This document shows positions 13,271 to 26,547 of a DNA stretch of 64,000 nucleotides, piece by piece. The stretch lies in contig OX597816.1 in NCBI GenBank assembly GCA_951406725.2, positions 178,622,001-178,686,000 of the forward strand, read 5' to 3'. The translations under genes were made by a program, and so were the position numbers. Position 1 is the stretch's first letter; the number at the start of each line of letters is the position of its first letter. This stretch comes from Octopus vulgaris. Lineage: Eukaryota. The notes beneath the pieces are model-generated. The model was given only the letters and a program-made list of their open reading frames with translations. It did not search any database and was not told the DNA's origin.

Positions 13271-14630
13271 TTTTTTTTTTCTTTCAAATTTGCTTCCATT
13301 TCTTGCTGAGTGTCTTCCCGACTCCTAGGGCAAAGAAACTCATAGTATACATTGGTAGGCCATTAAACCAAACTCAATAGTTCGTTCATTTAAAAAAATT
13401 TTTTTTTTTTTAAAGTTAAATTAAAATACATGAGCAGCAACAGTTCTCACATCGACAATGCTCTTCTCAATACGTGTGATGTACCAGTTAAGACAATCTT
13501 TTGCACTTCTTGCATGGATGGTAATCCAGGGATCATTCTCATATAATTTTCGGTTCCCTTCTTGATCATTCCTAGTGCTCCTACGATCACTGGTATTGTA
13601 ACTCCCTTGAGATGCCACATTTTCTCAATTTCAATGAGTAGGTCTTTATATTTTCTGAGCTTGTCAAACTCTTTCGCTGAGATATTATGATCACAGGGGA
13701 TGCTCATGTCGATCAATAAGCAAACTTTATTGTTTTGGTCTTTCACAACAATATCTGGTTTATTGGCCTTGATGGTTCGGTCTGTATGTACTGGAAAGTC
13801 CCACAGAATGGTTACATTTTCTCCTTCAGTTACAGCCTCAGGGCGGTGATTATACCACTTGTCGGCAGTTTTGATATTGTAATGCCGACTTATTAGCCAG
13901 TGTAGATATTGGCCAACTCTGTCATGTCTTAATTTATACTCCACTGGTGCTAAGACTTTACATCCAGAGATAAGGTGGTCCACTGTTTCAATCATGTCGT
14001 TGCAGAATCGGCATTTTGGGTCTGCTCCATTTTTCATCACATTGGCCTGGTAGTTCCGGGTTAATAGGCTTTGATCTTGAGCAGCCAGGATGAAACCTTC
14101 GCTCTCTGCTTTTAGCCCTGAGCTCCGTAGCCACTGATGGGTTTGCTTCTGGTCAACATCAGCTTGTTTGCTGCGGGCCACATATTTGCCGTGCAGAGGT
14201 TTCTCCTCTCACCTATCAGCCAATTGCTTGTGCGCTTTTTTCGTTGCCATTATTTTTACCTTCTTTGCAAAAATAGTTGCCGTACTTCCCTCGGGTTGTT
14301 CAGTTTGGGTATCCTGCATGAGATCAATAGCAAATTTTTGCTTTCCTTTATGATAGAATGAAGCTTCTTTCGTCTCTCGTGATTTTCCACGAGCTTTAGC
14401 ATCCAGTCATTCGTTATTTCGAGATATTTGGCCAGTACAATTGTGGTTGTTTTGTAAGCTAGTTCAAATTGGATCAGGCCTCGACCTCCTTGGGCTCTGG
14501 GAAGGTAAAGGCGATCTACGTCTGCCTTTGGGTGGTGCATCCTATTACAACTCAGCAGCTTGCGTATTTTCCTATCTAAATTCTTTACTTCACTCATATT
14601 CCAGTTCAACACATTGTAGCTATAAGTAGC
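13271..14630 (-). mobile_element. 5'-truncated Dong/R4-like non-LTR retrotransposon (REL endonuclease) in (TAA)n
   Basis: RLYLPR-GGRGL, CCHC knuckle (CRFC..ETVDHLISGC), RHD, KPDIVV...IDMSIP...K-KY; (TTA)n on both flanks; one frameshift at ~14335. Confidence 0.9.
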
Positions 14631-14686
<56 letters not shown>

Positions 14687-14687
<1 letters not shown>

Positions 14688-14853
14688 CTATTGTCTTTAT
14701 ACAGCTTCTAACACTGGAGATGCACTACAGTGCCAGCTGTCCACAACCAGTGAACTAAGGTAACACTCCTTATTTTTCGAGCACCATCCAGAGTATTTGA
14801 GCAGTTCCAAGCAGTGCTGTTTTCTGCAAGTGCTCCACCCTTATTGCAGCCCC
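14687..14853 (-). mobile_element. 3'-terminal fragment of a second REL non-LTR family in (TAA)n
   Basis: Minus strand reads AAIRVEHLQKTALLGTAQILWMVLEK*, the typical C-terminus of these ORFs; (TTA)n on both sides. Confidence 0.75.
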
Positions 14854-14905
<52 letters not shown>

Positions 14906-15548
14906 ATTATTATCATTATTATTTTATTTATTTACTGTTTTTGTGTGTGTGTGTGTCCTTTTGCAGTATAACTGGTTCCTCCTTTTGTTAGTGTGTACCA
15001 GCTTAAGAATGGTTGTTATTGACAATATGTTATGTATGGTTACAGTGTCTGCAAATGCAATCGTTTTATTGTGGCAGCCCTGGTATACTGGTAGCCCTGG
15101 TATTTAGTCTATCAGATATTTGCTTGCCTCTATCTCATCATATCAGTTGCATCTATTATTATAGTGATATTATTTTTTTCATTATACACAATTTAAATAT
15201 GCTTACGTCTTTGGAATTTAATTATTTCTGCAGGACTTTTAGACACAATATTCTTCATATTATTGGGATTGAAATGACTATAAAAAAATTTTAAAATAAA
15301 CATTTTCCCCTTTCTGAGGTGGTCTCTGAGAATGCTCCACAATAATATGGTTGCTTCAGATAGGATCAGTACTCCATATCTGGGAGGACAGTTGAGCGTC
15401 ACAAATACAGTATTGTATCTGTGGTCAAGGTTCATAACCCTTGAACAGTCTAGTTAATTTATCTGAAAATATTTGCTGAAGAATGGAAAAAGTTTGCCCT
15501 TGAAAGCAGTAACACTGGAAAAATTATGATGATGATGATGATGATTAA

Positions 15549-15769
15549 CCCTTTAGCATTTAAACCGGCCATATCCGGCCAAAAGTATTCTGCCTGCTTT
15601 ATGTTCAAACTGGCCAGATCTGGTCTCTCACATCAACCCTACAATATCGTTTTAAAAATTAACAGCTACCTCATCAAAATCTCATAGCTACAAGATTAAT
15701 GAATGATTAGTTCAAAACAATGTGGACGAAGAAGCATTAATTTTGGCAGAATAATGTGAACACTAAGGG
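15549..15769. mobile_element. piggyBac-type MITE, second copy
   Basis: Similar to 4050-4268 along its length; left TTAA|CCCTTTAG intact, right end damaged. Confidence 0.8.
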
Positions 15770-16130
15770 AAGGAGGAGGAGGAGTATATTTTTTGATAGA
15801 ATTAATTGTAGTTCGATTTAATTTTAAATCAAATTGATTTTATTATTATTATCGATTTGAAAATATAGCCATGAAATGTGCGTAGTCTTTTTACTACTAT
15901 TTACTATTTATTGTACTTTATTGACTGTTAAAATAAGGTTTTTTTATAGTATATGTTTTCTATATGGTGTGAATAATATCTTTCTTTATTGAATTGTTTT
16001 ATAGAGGTTTTTATCTAAATTATATACATATATATTGTGAAATTTGATTTAAAACTGTTAAATTGAATTTTTCCCTGTACGTTTTGGAATTATATTCCCT
16101 ACTATTATTTTTAGACATACATATATATAC

Positions 16131-16167
<37 letters not shown>

Positions 16168-16283
16168 TACATATATATATATACATACATATATATATAT
16201 ACATTTCTATATGCTACGTTGGATACATTGGTTGTTCATCTGGTATGTTGAGGTTTGTTCATTCGTTATAAATCTTAAATTAT

Positions 16284-16345
16284 GCTGGCACTGATGATTA
16301 AAAAGTGCATTTCTGCACTAATTATGAAATCATGTGATTTGCAGC
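16284..16345 (+). ncRNA. Candidate type I hammerhead ribozyme
   Basis: GCTGGCA-CTGATGA-[stem II AGTGCA-TTTC-TGCACT]-GAAA-TCATGTGA-TT-TGCAGC; both conserved core boxes intact. Confidence 0.6.
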
Positions 16346-16600
16346 TGAATTCTGTTTTTAAATGTCTTGCATTGAGAGTTGCATTCCCTCGCATTCGGTA
16401 CAATGTGTCTATTTATTTTGGTAGATTTGACTTTAAGAGTCCCTCCTAGTGTGGCATTTATGTATAACAATGCCCTCTATATAATATAAATAAATATATT
16501 TAAGAGAAAAAAATTGGTGTATTTTTCTTTTATGAGGTTTTTCACACTAACTACTTGATAAATTCTTATAAAGATTTTATCCTATTTTTAAATTGTATAT

Positions 16601-16647
<47 letters not shown>

Positions 16648-16682
16648 CACAAACATATATATATACATACATATATTATTAT

Positions 16683-16960
16683 TATTATGGCTGCCCCCTC
16701 GTTATCGAGTATGGCCATTGCACGAAGCTGAACTGTTACTGGTGCTGTGATCGAATGTGACTTTTTAGCCCAGCTAAAGATCTACAATGTCTTGTACAGA
16801 ATTGGCAACTTTACCGGCCAACAGCCGGCTGTAGCTGTAACTGGGCTTCATGTACCTTTGCATGTCGTTTAAGTCCTCCTGCCGAATTACACTCTCTTCC
16901 ACATGCCCAACAGATATGATTAGTATGGTGTGTTACACCACCACCAGTGGCCAGGTTGTC
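16683..16960 (-). mobile_element. RTE/BovB-like 3' fragment
   Basis: C-terminal zinc finger CWACGRECNSAGGLKRHAKVH and a (TAA)n tail, set in (TA)n. Confidence 0.7.
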
Positions 16961-16990
16961 ACTCATCTGTACATACGTATATACATATAT

Positions 16991-17048
<58 letters not shown>

Positions 17049-17066
17049 GTTTATGTATATGTATAT

Positions 17067-17097
<31 letters not shown>

Positions 17098-17345
17098 AAT
17101 ATATATTCATATACATATATATATACATATACATAAACATATACATACATACATACATATATATATATATACGTTTAAATATTTGTTGTGCAAGATTTTT
17201 TAGAACTTTGGCCGAAATAAGATTAAGATTAATGTAAAAAATAAATATCACTGAAGCAAAATAACACCAAATATACAGTGCGTGTGTTTTTATTGGCTAA
17301 ACTGGCAATATGACCATTCCGAAATATATATATATATATATATAT

Positions 17346-17575
17346 CCGTTCGTGGCCGTTTGCCAGCTCTGTCTGGCACCAGTGCGGGTGGCACGTAAAA
17401 AGCACCCACTACACTCACGGAGTGGTTGGCGTTAGGAAGGGCATCCAGCCGTAGAAACACTGCCAGATTTGACTGGGCCTGATGAAGCCTTCTGGCTTCA
17501 CAGACCCCAGTAGAACCGTCCAACCCATGCTAGCATGGAAAACGGACGCTAAACGATGATGATGATGATGATGAT
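17346..17575 (+). mobile_element. 3' UTR fragment of the same RTE family as 7218-10331
   Basis: Matches ~10130-10330; (GAT)n tail; inserted in (TA)n. Confidence 0.85.
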
Positions 17576-17614
17576 ATATATACGTATATATACATATTTG
17601 TATATTACATACAC

Positions 17615-17668
<54 letters not shown>

Positions 17669-17750
17669 AGGTTTGAAAATGCGAATACTGTATATATGTA
17701 ATGTAGCAATTTGCAACAACCAATAATTAACGCAACCAAACTTCTACATG

Positions 17751-17795
17751 TTACTTTTGACAATCTTTTTCCAAAGAGTGAAACCGGTAAAGTAA
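17751..17795 (+). ncRNA. Decayed minimal hammerhead motif
   Basis: TTACTT-TTGACAA-[TCTTT-TTCC-AAAGA]-GT-GAAA-CCGG-TA-AAGTAA; the first box is two transitions from CTGACGA. Confidence 0.5.
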
Positions 17796-17876
17796 ATAAA
17801 CATCTTTTAAAATTGCATTTTCAAACCTTCTTCCGTATATAATTCCACTCGTGCGGTACCCTACAACTCCACTTTG

Positions 17877-17906
<30 letters not shown>

Positions 17907-17921
<15 letters not shown>

Positions 17922-18124
17922 GGCATCCTTTTTGTCTCGGGAGACAATGGAGTTGCGCATAAAATAGTCCAGTCTGGCTTTTACATTTCATGTCCTGATA
18001 CATTTCCTGCTGTGGCTGTGTAGTCCTATCCTGGACAAACACTCCCTCTGGCAGGTACCACAAATGTAGCGAAGACTGTTCCTGGCTGGTTGTAATGTCA
18101 TAGTTTCTTGTTGACGTCTTGTCT

Positions 18125-18128
<4 letters not shown>
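17907..18128 (-). mobile_element. RTE/BovB-like 3' fragment
   Basis: YICGTCQRECLSRIGLHSHSRKC and a (CAA)n tail; flanked by (TA)n. Confidence 0.8.
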
Positions 18129-18155
<27 letters not shown>

Positions 18156-18268
18156 GTTTATATGCACACATATATACACCGTATATAGAAACATACACAT
18201 ATATGTGTGTGTGTATGTTAAATAAAATAAGATAACAAGACCAAGGCAATGTGATATTTCCAAGACAT

Positions 18269-18893
18269 TTCAAGATGGTGTCCCAGCATGGCCACAGTAT
18301 ATTGACTGAAACAAGTAAAACATATATATATATATATATATATATGAGAGGTTTTGGCATCCAGAAGATCCAAAAGGCAGATAAGGCTATGTAAGTACTA
18401 TGGAAGGACCACTGTTAAACTCCTGGTTCAATGATAGTATGAGTGAGGAGTCTAAGATAACAAACTAAGGCAATGGGATATTTCCAAGACATTTCTAAAG
18501 AGAAAAATGGTCTTATAGCTGTTTCAGGGAAATAAATGACATCCCATCAATAGAGACAAGTTAGCAGAGTTACAATAGAAGGAATAAGTAGAGTTCATTA
18601 TAACTTGTCTCTGGTGATGGGATATCATTTATTTCCCTGAAACAGCTGTAAGACCACTTTTCTCTTTAGAAATGTCTTGGAAATATCCCATTGCCTTAGT
18701 TTGTTATCTTAGACTCCTCACTCATACTATCATTGAACCAGGAGTTTAACAGTGGTCCTTCCATAGTACTTACATAGCCTTATCTGCCTTTTGGATCTTC
18801 TGGATGCCAAAACCTCTCATATATATATATATATATATATGTTTTACTTGTTTCAGTCAATATACTGCGGCCATGCTGGGGCACCACCTTGAA
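18269..18893. repeat. Long inverted repeat (~295-bp arms, 37-bp spacer)
   Basis: 18269-18563 is the reverse complement of 18601-18893. Confidence 0.95.
18607..18654 (+). ncRNA. Degenerate minimal hammerhead with palindromic stem III
   Basis: GTCT-CTGGTGA-[GGGA..TCCC]-GAAA-CAGCTG-TA-AGAC; one core substitution. Confidence 0.6.
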
Positions 18894-19132
18894 TTTTTAG
18901 TCAAATGAATCAAGCCTAGTACTTTTCTACTTAAGCCTGATGCTTATTCAATCAATATCTTTTGCCAAACTACTAGGTCACAGGGATGCAAACACTTCAA
19001 CACAGGTTGTGGAGTGGTGGTGAGGGGACAAACACAGAAAGACATACACACACACGCACACACATACACACACATGCGTATGTGCACACGCATGTGTGTA
19101 TATATATATGTATGTATGAATGTGTGTGTATG

Positions 19133-19191
<59 letters not shown>

Positions 19192-19485
19192 ATGTATATG
19201 TATATCCATTCTCGGAGAATAGCATTGCAAGCACAAAGATTGCAATAATGTAGACACTAGAAAAGCAGGTATCAGACATTACTGGAAGATCAGAAATGCA
19301 TAAGGTCCCCTTGGACAAGAACAGAGATAACTGAGGCAAACTGGCGATGTCTCACAACGTTGGATGCATTAATTTTACAACTTTTTATGGGTACAAGAAT
19401 AATTATTATGTTAGCTATAATTCCCATAATAATTAATACAGCATTAACTAAAATAAAAGATTCAAGTTAGTGTGTATAAACTTAC

Positions 19486-19567
19486 TGAAGTCATATGCCC
19501 ATCCTTTGGAGACATTTCTGGCACACAGCACATTGACATATAACAACAGACATGCTTTTTGCTCGAC
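19486..19567 (-). CDS. PLA2G4A: cPLA2-like gene, 82-nt exon, start of C2 domain (VEQKACLLLYVNVLCARNVSKGWAYDF)
   Basis: Polypyrimidine tract plus AG acceptor and GTAAG donor. Aligns by eye to human [27 protein letters not shown]; phase 0 to 1. Confidence 0.92.
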
Positions 19568-19730
19568 CTTCAGAAGAACAACAAAGAAAAGAAAAGAAAC
19601 AATGTTAGTTCAGTTTATGAAATTGAAGAAAAGCTAACATGTCAATACATATAACTAATAGAAATATGAATTCATGCACATAGTTAACTTAAATAATTGT
19701 GTACATTAACACTGTTAACCAACAGAAATG

Positions 19731-19789
<59 letters not shown>

Positions 19790-20250
19790 TAATATTGTTT
19801 TTCTGTTCAGTTATAATAAAAACAATTAATCTAAAGGTTACTTCAAAGTATGTAGCGAGACCAATTTCTATTACTGCATTTTTGAAAGCATGAAGTTGGC
19901 TTTATAGGTTCATCGAGCTAGTCTGTAGTGACTGGTTATAACATATCCATCATGTGAGTTTATCGGACACTTATTGAGCCCCGTGTTGTGGTTAGTTGAG
20001 TGTCATGCGCAAATTGGAATAAAGTTCTACTCTTATTTTAAAGCTGGTTTCTTTACTTATTTCTACGAATTAACAGGCAAAATATATTGTGCAGTGATAT
20101 ACACAATTCTTTAGTAAAACCAAGGGAGACTTTGATTATCGTAAAAAAGCACAAATTTGTTTATCCTTTAGCAAGAATTGTACTGACAGTGACTTTGAAG
20201 CTTAGTTGGCCAAAACTTCGAATTCTCTGTCAAAACTATTCTTGTGAAAG

Positions 20251-20296
<46 letters not shown>

Positions 20297-20329
20297 ATAT
20301 AAATATATGAATGAAGTGTTTAATGTTTA

Positions 20330-21743
20330 AGAATGAAATGAAGAAAGTGCAATAATAACGTTCACACTCACTGATGGTCGCTCTGATGGAAGCCTTTAGC
20401 TTACAGAGTGCTTGTTTTTATAACTTTGGAAAAACAGCCAGAAGGATAGACATATTGTTGAGAACAAATGATTTGGTTGGAGGTCTGTTATCTCCATTCC
20501 AGCCACTGGTGGCCTAGACGAGGTTAGAAGAGTCAAGTGGCAAAGACATTATTCTGCTATATGAAGGCATCTGGGAAATGTATAACTGCTGTCATTCACA
20601 GAAAAACTATTGTTTTATCGTGAGAAAAGCGCTGTTTAAGTGTTAAGTGAAATTTGGCAATCGAGGATCGAATCCATGCTATGCCTGCATGAAGCCACTA
20701 CAAATACGTTGTGGAATAAAAATGTTTAGCAGTTCAAAACTGAGTAGTGAAATGCAGAATTAGGTCGGCTGATTGTGAGAATCAAATATTGATCGCTTCA
20801 CTAAAAACTGCAGGTGGTATGGGTTATTTCCCTTGGGTTGTTTAAATAAAATATTAGTAATATGTAGTAGATAGAAGGATCTCTATTGGAGGGGCCCTGT
20901 TATCGATTTTTTCAACAATCTAAGTATGTCACGAGGAATCCAGACATGGGTTCTACTCATGTGTCAAATAAAGTATAAAAGTGATATTGTCTGCAAAAAT
21001 TAGAAATTGGACACAAAAAATCACTATTCAAAGTAATCGAGCATAAACAATGAATTTCTAAATTCGATGCCTCAATTAGTTTCATGAAAATGTTGCATGA
21101 ACTGTAAATAAGCAATAAATATTATGATTTGTAAAATAAGTATAAGTGATAGAGTGTCCTAAGTGAATGTGGTGTGGAAGTTTGGTTTAATTTTTTATGA
21201 ATTTTAAGCATTCAAAATATGAGTTCATTGTATTGGGACACACTTATTAAATACGTTCTGGAATCAAAAATTTACGTACTATCATCGAAAAATTTTAACT
21301 GGAAAAATGCAGAATTTCCGGAGTTATGGGAATTGAAAGTGTACATGCATCAAGAAAGTGCAATAATAAGGTTTAGCAGTTCAAAATTGTGAGTAGTGAA
21401 AATCAAAATTAGGTCCGCTGATCGTGAGAATCAAAAATTGATCGCTTCGATAAAACTAACAGCTGTAAGTGCAGGTGTTATGGGTTATTTTCCTTGAGTG
21501 TTTAAAAAAATATTGTGCCGGTGCTATGGGTTATTTCCCTTGGGTGTTTAAAAAATTAGTTTTATGAGGTAGATATAAAGGTCCCTTTATATCGATTTTT
21601 TTTCAACAATCTAAGTATGTCACGAGGTTTCCAGACATGCGTTCTTCTCACATGTCAAGTTTCATCAAAATCAATAAAACGATGTTGGAGGAGGCAGCTA
21701 ACAACGCCACAAACACATACCGATTTTCCACATATGTAGTAGA
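20330..21743 (-). mobile_element. Decayed, internally duplicated Helitron-like repeat
   Basis: Blocks 20720-20965 and 21370-21655 are direct copies; ATCTACTA 5'-like end at 21743; adjoins the helicase fragment. Confidence 0.45.
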
Positions 21744-21764
21744 TAAAAGAGAGATTCTGTCCGC

Positions 21765-22035
21765 TTAAAATGAAAGTAAATGGTTCAAGGGAAGCTTATG
21801 TAATGATACAACATTAGCTGTGCACAAACCTATGAGGAACTGCACTGAGGCAAATATTATCCCTGGTTGTGGTAAAGGTGACACCGTCTTCGTTCCTCGC
21901 ACACTAGTTATACCATCTAATATCCCATTCCAATTTAAGCCGTTATACTTTCCTTTCCCACTTTCTTTTGGCGTGAGCATTAATAAAACTCAGGGCCAAA
22001 CACTAAAAGTTGCTGGATTGCAACTTGAAGAACAA
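21765..22035 (+). pseudogene. Helitron PIF1-like helicase fragment
   Basis: GKGDTVFVPR..IPSNIPFQFK.LYFP..LSFGVSINKTQGQTLKVAGL, the C-terminal helicase motifs. Confidence 0.88.
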
Positions 22036-22312
22036 ACAGAAGGTCGTATATGAAATCCATCTTTTTTCTACTTCAATTATTACGTGTTTTTCTCTTATAT
22101 AATGCAGGACGAGTAAACCTAAATCTGTAGTAGTAGTCTTATCCTAGTTCAAATTCGAAACTAAATCTTTCAATTCTCCTTGGGCACACAGCCTATTCAA
22201 ATGTCAGAAGAAACCGTGAAAATAGGTCTTCCCCTTCACTTGTGGAGAAACAGGTGGCCCAAGAAACAGTAAAAGTAATTATCCGATCAACGACAGGTAT
22301 TACTGTTAGCGC

Positions 22313-22358
<46 letters not shown>

Positions 22359-24550
22359 GTATATACACACATACACACGCACACATTGCTGACTAATAGA
22401 AATGAGGACATATATTTAGCTAACAAACACATATATGAAGATATAAATAAATGCACATACTTAATCCAGCAGAAATATGAACATATACGCTTGGTTAACA
22501 GACAGAAATATGGACAGACAGAAGCATACGACATATAAATATTACAATCGACAGTAAAATAATAGGCAATGACACTGTACTAGAAATATAGGCTTTCGAA
22601 ATAAAAGCCAGCACCACAAAGCATATTAATGCAACAAATATATTACTTCCGACCTCAGAAATGGCCCCACCTGGTTACACACACCATCTACAACATGTAA
22701 ACAATATTACAAACCACTTTATTTATAGGAGACTTCATTCGATGGCTTCTGGTTTTCAAATTGTACAGATAACAAAAAAGGTAACATAAAAATAGTATCG
22801 CAACTAAAATTCCATTCGATGCATCCTAGTGACATTATCAAGAGTGCACTTTTGCACCAAAAGCCAATACGAGAGTTTCTCTCATGGTAACTACCGCTGT
22901 AATTTTTGTTTTGACGGAACATTCACGTTTTAGTGGTGATAAATTAAATCCTTTCATATCATATCGTAAACTATCCTTACTAACTCACTAAATCACAATA
23001 AATTCACTCAACAACGAAGAAATTCACCTTTGTAAACATGAAAATATAACAAAAAAAAAACAAAAAACCCCCTCCGTGAATGGAACTTTGATACTGTAGT
23101 ACATATATTTAACATGATTATTATAATGCATCAACTAAGCATAATTTCATAAGTCAGCACAAAAAATACACCTGATACATCAGAAATAGATAAATTCATT
23201 TCAAAAATAACAACAATCTCATAAAACCAAGATTAACTTTATTAGACACAACCGAAACAAAACTCAACAGAAGAAAGTTCTACTGTAATTTTCTTTAATG
23301 TAAATAAATGCTTCTGTTAATTTAAGAATTTGCCAGCAAAATCTTATAAAATGACAATAAGAAATAAACCGAAACTTAGAAAAAAATCAACAAGAAAAAT
23401 AAACATGCTGCTGTTTATTTCTAAAACGGAAGCCTCTTCGACTCTGCCGTCTATCGTCGGATCATATTCACTTCCAGCAGCTCAAATATGATAAAGACAG
23501 CCACTAACAACAACCTTCGACTATACATGGCACTCGAATCTCATGTCAAAACTGTCTGCCTATAATCTCTATCCTTCCCTCGTTCCTTGAATCAGTGACT
23601 TCCTCCATATCATATATGTTGGTGGAGCTATCTGACCTACTGTCTCTGATCGCTCTCATCACCAACATCTACACTTACCGGCACTCTCAAATTCCCCAGA
23701 ATATGGAAACTATTATGAAATCGTGACACTTCTAAAACCCAACGAAATCCAAGTGAATATAGGCCCAAATTTCTGTATACACATCCTCGAACATTTTAGA
23801 ATGGCTTTTCGTGAGGGTGGTCACTAATTTAAAGTATGAAAGTGTTTGTGACAAATGCACTTTTGAGAAGCATGTGTAACTTTATTAAAATAGGAACGAG
23901 CGCTGACAAGTACCTAGAGGTTGGAAGCCGCTGTAATCTAACAGGAACGAAGCTAGCTTAAACGAAAATATACAGCTCATTATGAAGGAGAGTTGTGGCT
24001 TATATCATCCAGACTTTCGAGGAATGAAGTTAGCATAAATGAACTCAGGCTGTTCTGGAGGTGACAAGTCGAGAGCCGATATAACTCCAAGTTGGCGGTG
24101 AACAAACACTGTTTCATGTTGGAAGAAGAACTGTTGCTGCCTAATAATGTTCAACAACTGTCTAATAATTCCCGCTTCTCTGCTAGGGCAGATAACTGCC
24201 TTTTGCATTCCTACGCGTCCAGCACTGATTGGCTGGAGTATGCCATAGCACAACTGTACTATGCCGTGGCAATACAATTAGCTTTCCCGACTCACTACAG
24301 GCTAATCTTTTACATCACAAATCCATCCATCACGTTCTCTCCAAATCACAATACGATTCTGGTCACTACGATTAACCATTACAATATTCACAAATTTAAT
24401 ACAGAAAATGCACAATAGCTTCAAAAAGATAAAAACTTCCAGCACGTATAACTTTATAAACCACACAGACAGACTCCTCACACACAGATGACATCACACC
24501 TCATCTTCCTGGCATACCCGGACACAGTTATACGATAATTCCAACCTATA

Positions 24551-24699
24551 GGCGCAGGAGTGGATGTGTGGTAAGTAGCTTGCTAACCAACCACATGGTT
24601 CCGGGTTCAGTCCCACTGCGTGGTACCTTGGGCAAGTGTCTTCTGCTATAGCCCTGGGCCGACCAATGCCTTGTGAGTGGATTTGGTAGACGGAAACTG

Positions 24700-24774
<75 letters not shown>

Positions 24775-24775
24775 A

Positions 24776-24806
<31 letters not shown>

Positions 24807-25013
24807 TTGTGTGTCTGTGTTTGTTCCCCTAGCATTGCTTGACAACCGATGCTGGTGTGTTTACGTCCCCGTCACTTAGCGGTTCGGCAAAAGAGACCGA
24901 TAGAATAAGTACTGGGCTTACAAAGAATAAGTCCCGGGGTCGATTTGCTCGACTAAAGGCGGTGCTCCAGCATGGCCGCAGTCAAATGACTGAAACAAGT
25001 AAAAGAGTAAGAG
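24551..25013 (+). mobile_element. tRNA-derived CORE-like SINE with internal microsatellite (representative full copy)
   Basis: tRNA-like head (GGTTCAGTCC B-box), ACCTTGGGCAAGT core, (TA)/(TG) middle, GACTGAAACAAGTAAAAGA tail. Confidence 0.9.
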
Positions 25014-26005
25014 TTAGCTAAGTAACCCAGCCAAGGCTCAACAATAAAAACTCAAATCAGTTCCTACCAAAACCGCATTACCAACCATCACGTTCAACAA
25101 TACACACAGACAATATAGTAAGGAAGACAAGAATAATTCACAAATATATTTAAAGCAATTAAACATGCATAAAAAGCAGAATAGTCATAGCTGGAATGTT
25201 TTTAATTAATCGGTTAGCACGATCCTGTCTGAGTTGGAAAATAAGCATCCTCCTCCTCTTCCTCTCCCACCCCTCCTCTTTCTCTCCCACCCCTCCTCTT
25301 TCCCCTTCCCTCTCATCATCAACATCAACAATAATAAGTTTAAAATAAATACTGATACATACTATCAAAATAAACGAAACGGCAACCGCTGCAACGCAAA
25401 TCAATTCGATCAGTGTTTAGTTGATATAACACAAATGTATTCAGATAAGTAAGTTAATGATCAAACTGCGAGTTTTTAGCGTGTAACAAAGACAACAGAC
25501 ACACGTCATTAGTAGCTTATAATAAGCATGAAATCAAACTAGGGTCATTTGAGGTTTGAGATATGAGTTAAGGCGATAATGAGATCTTACAGACAAAAGA
25601 AAATGAAAGCAAAGAACAAGTAAGATGATTAGGCAGTTAATTTAACACTGTAAAAGAAGCAACACAGATTTCAATGTTTCGGACTGTAGTCCTTCGTTAA
25701 AATGAAACATTGGAAGGGTAAAAAGCGAATGTACGGTTAATGAACCCCGCTGTACTCTTTTATTTTCAGGTTGTTTTGTTTTTCTTGGCAAAGTACCTCA
25801 ATCCGAAACGTTGAACTATCTTGTTCCTTTCTGACAGTGTAAAATAAATTACCTTGTACTCCTATTTATTTTTGTTGCTTCTATTCCTGACATACTTGCA
25901 GCAGAATAGATTGACAAAAACATAAATGACAAACTATCCTCTCTCCCTTTTATTTATAGTTGTTGTTTGGACGTAGCAGAGAGCACTTAGCTATAAAGAT
26001 CATAT

Positions 26006-26547
26006 GGGGAAACAATGACGCCTAAAAACTTACTAATCAGAACATGCCACCACCATACATAATGGCCACGAAGTCTGCTGGCCTAAAAAAAACTGTGCAA
26101 AAGCAGTATATATTTCAAAACATTTCTATGTATTTTCATGTGATATTTAATTTGTGTTCAAAGCATGCATTTCTATGCTTTATTATTTATATGCAAATCT
26201 CTTACATTCATTTTTTCACCTTGTTTGAATTTTCACACATTTTGTTGTAAGATGCTGTATTTTTTTTCTTGCTCTGCATAATTCGGCATGCATTCTAATA
26301 ACTGTACTAGCATGTTCAATCATTTTGTCCTACCATTTTTGCAATTATCTTTCCTATTATCGCACATTTGCGTCCCGCAAATGTTCTGGTTGGGGAGTTC
26401 TGTACCAGAATGGATTGACAAAAGCATAAATTCTCTCTCCCTTTTATTTATAGTTGTTGTTTGGACGTAGCAGAGAACACTTAGTTATAAAGATCATATT
26501 TTAATCATTTGCTCTGATTAGTTACTTTTTAGGCGCAATTTGTCCCC
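26006..26547. mobile_element. Non-autonomous DNA transposon with ~35-bp imperfect TIRs
   Basis: GGGGAAACAATGACGCCTAAAAACTTACTAATCAGA versus TCTGATTAGTTACTTTTTAGGCGCAATTTGTCCCC; superfamily unclear. Confidence 0.65.

Noticed and set aside
23029-23040. ATG TTT ACA AAG|gtgaat as a cPLA2 first exon
   Set aside because: Weak donor, and the FDPYQLFE exon explains the N-terminus far better.
25638-25850. Hammerhead pair in an old inverted repeat
   Set aside because: GAAAC(G/A)TT and stem II are visible, but the CTGANGA boxes are too decayed to call.
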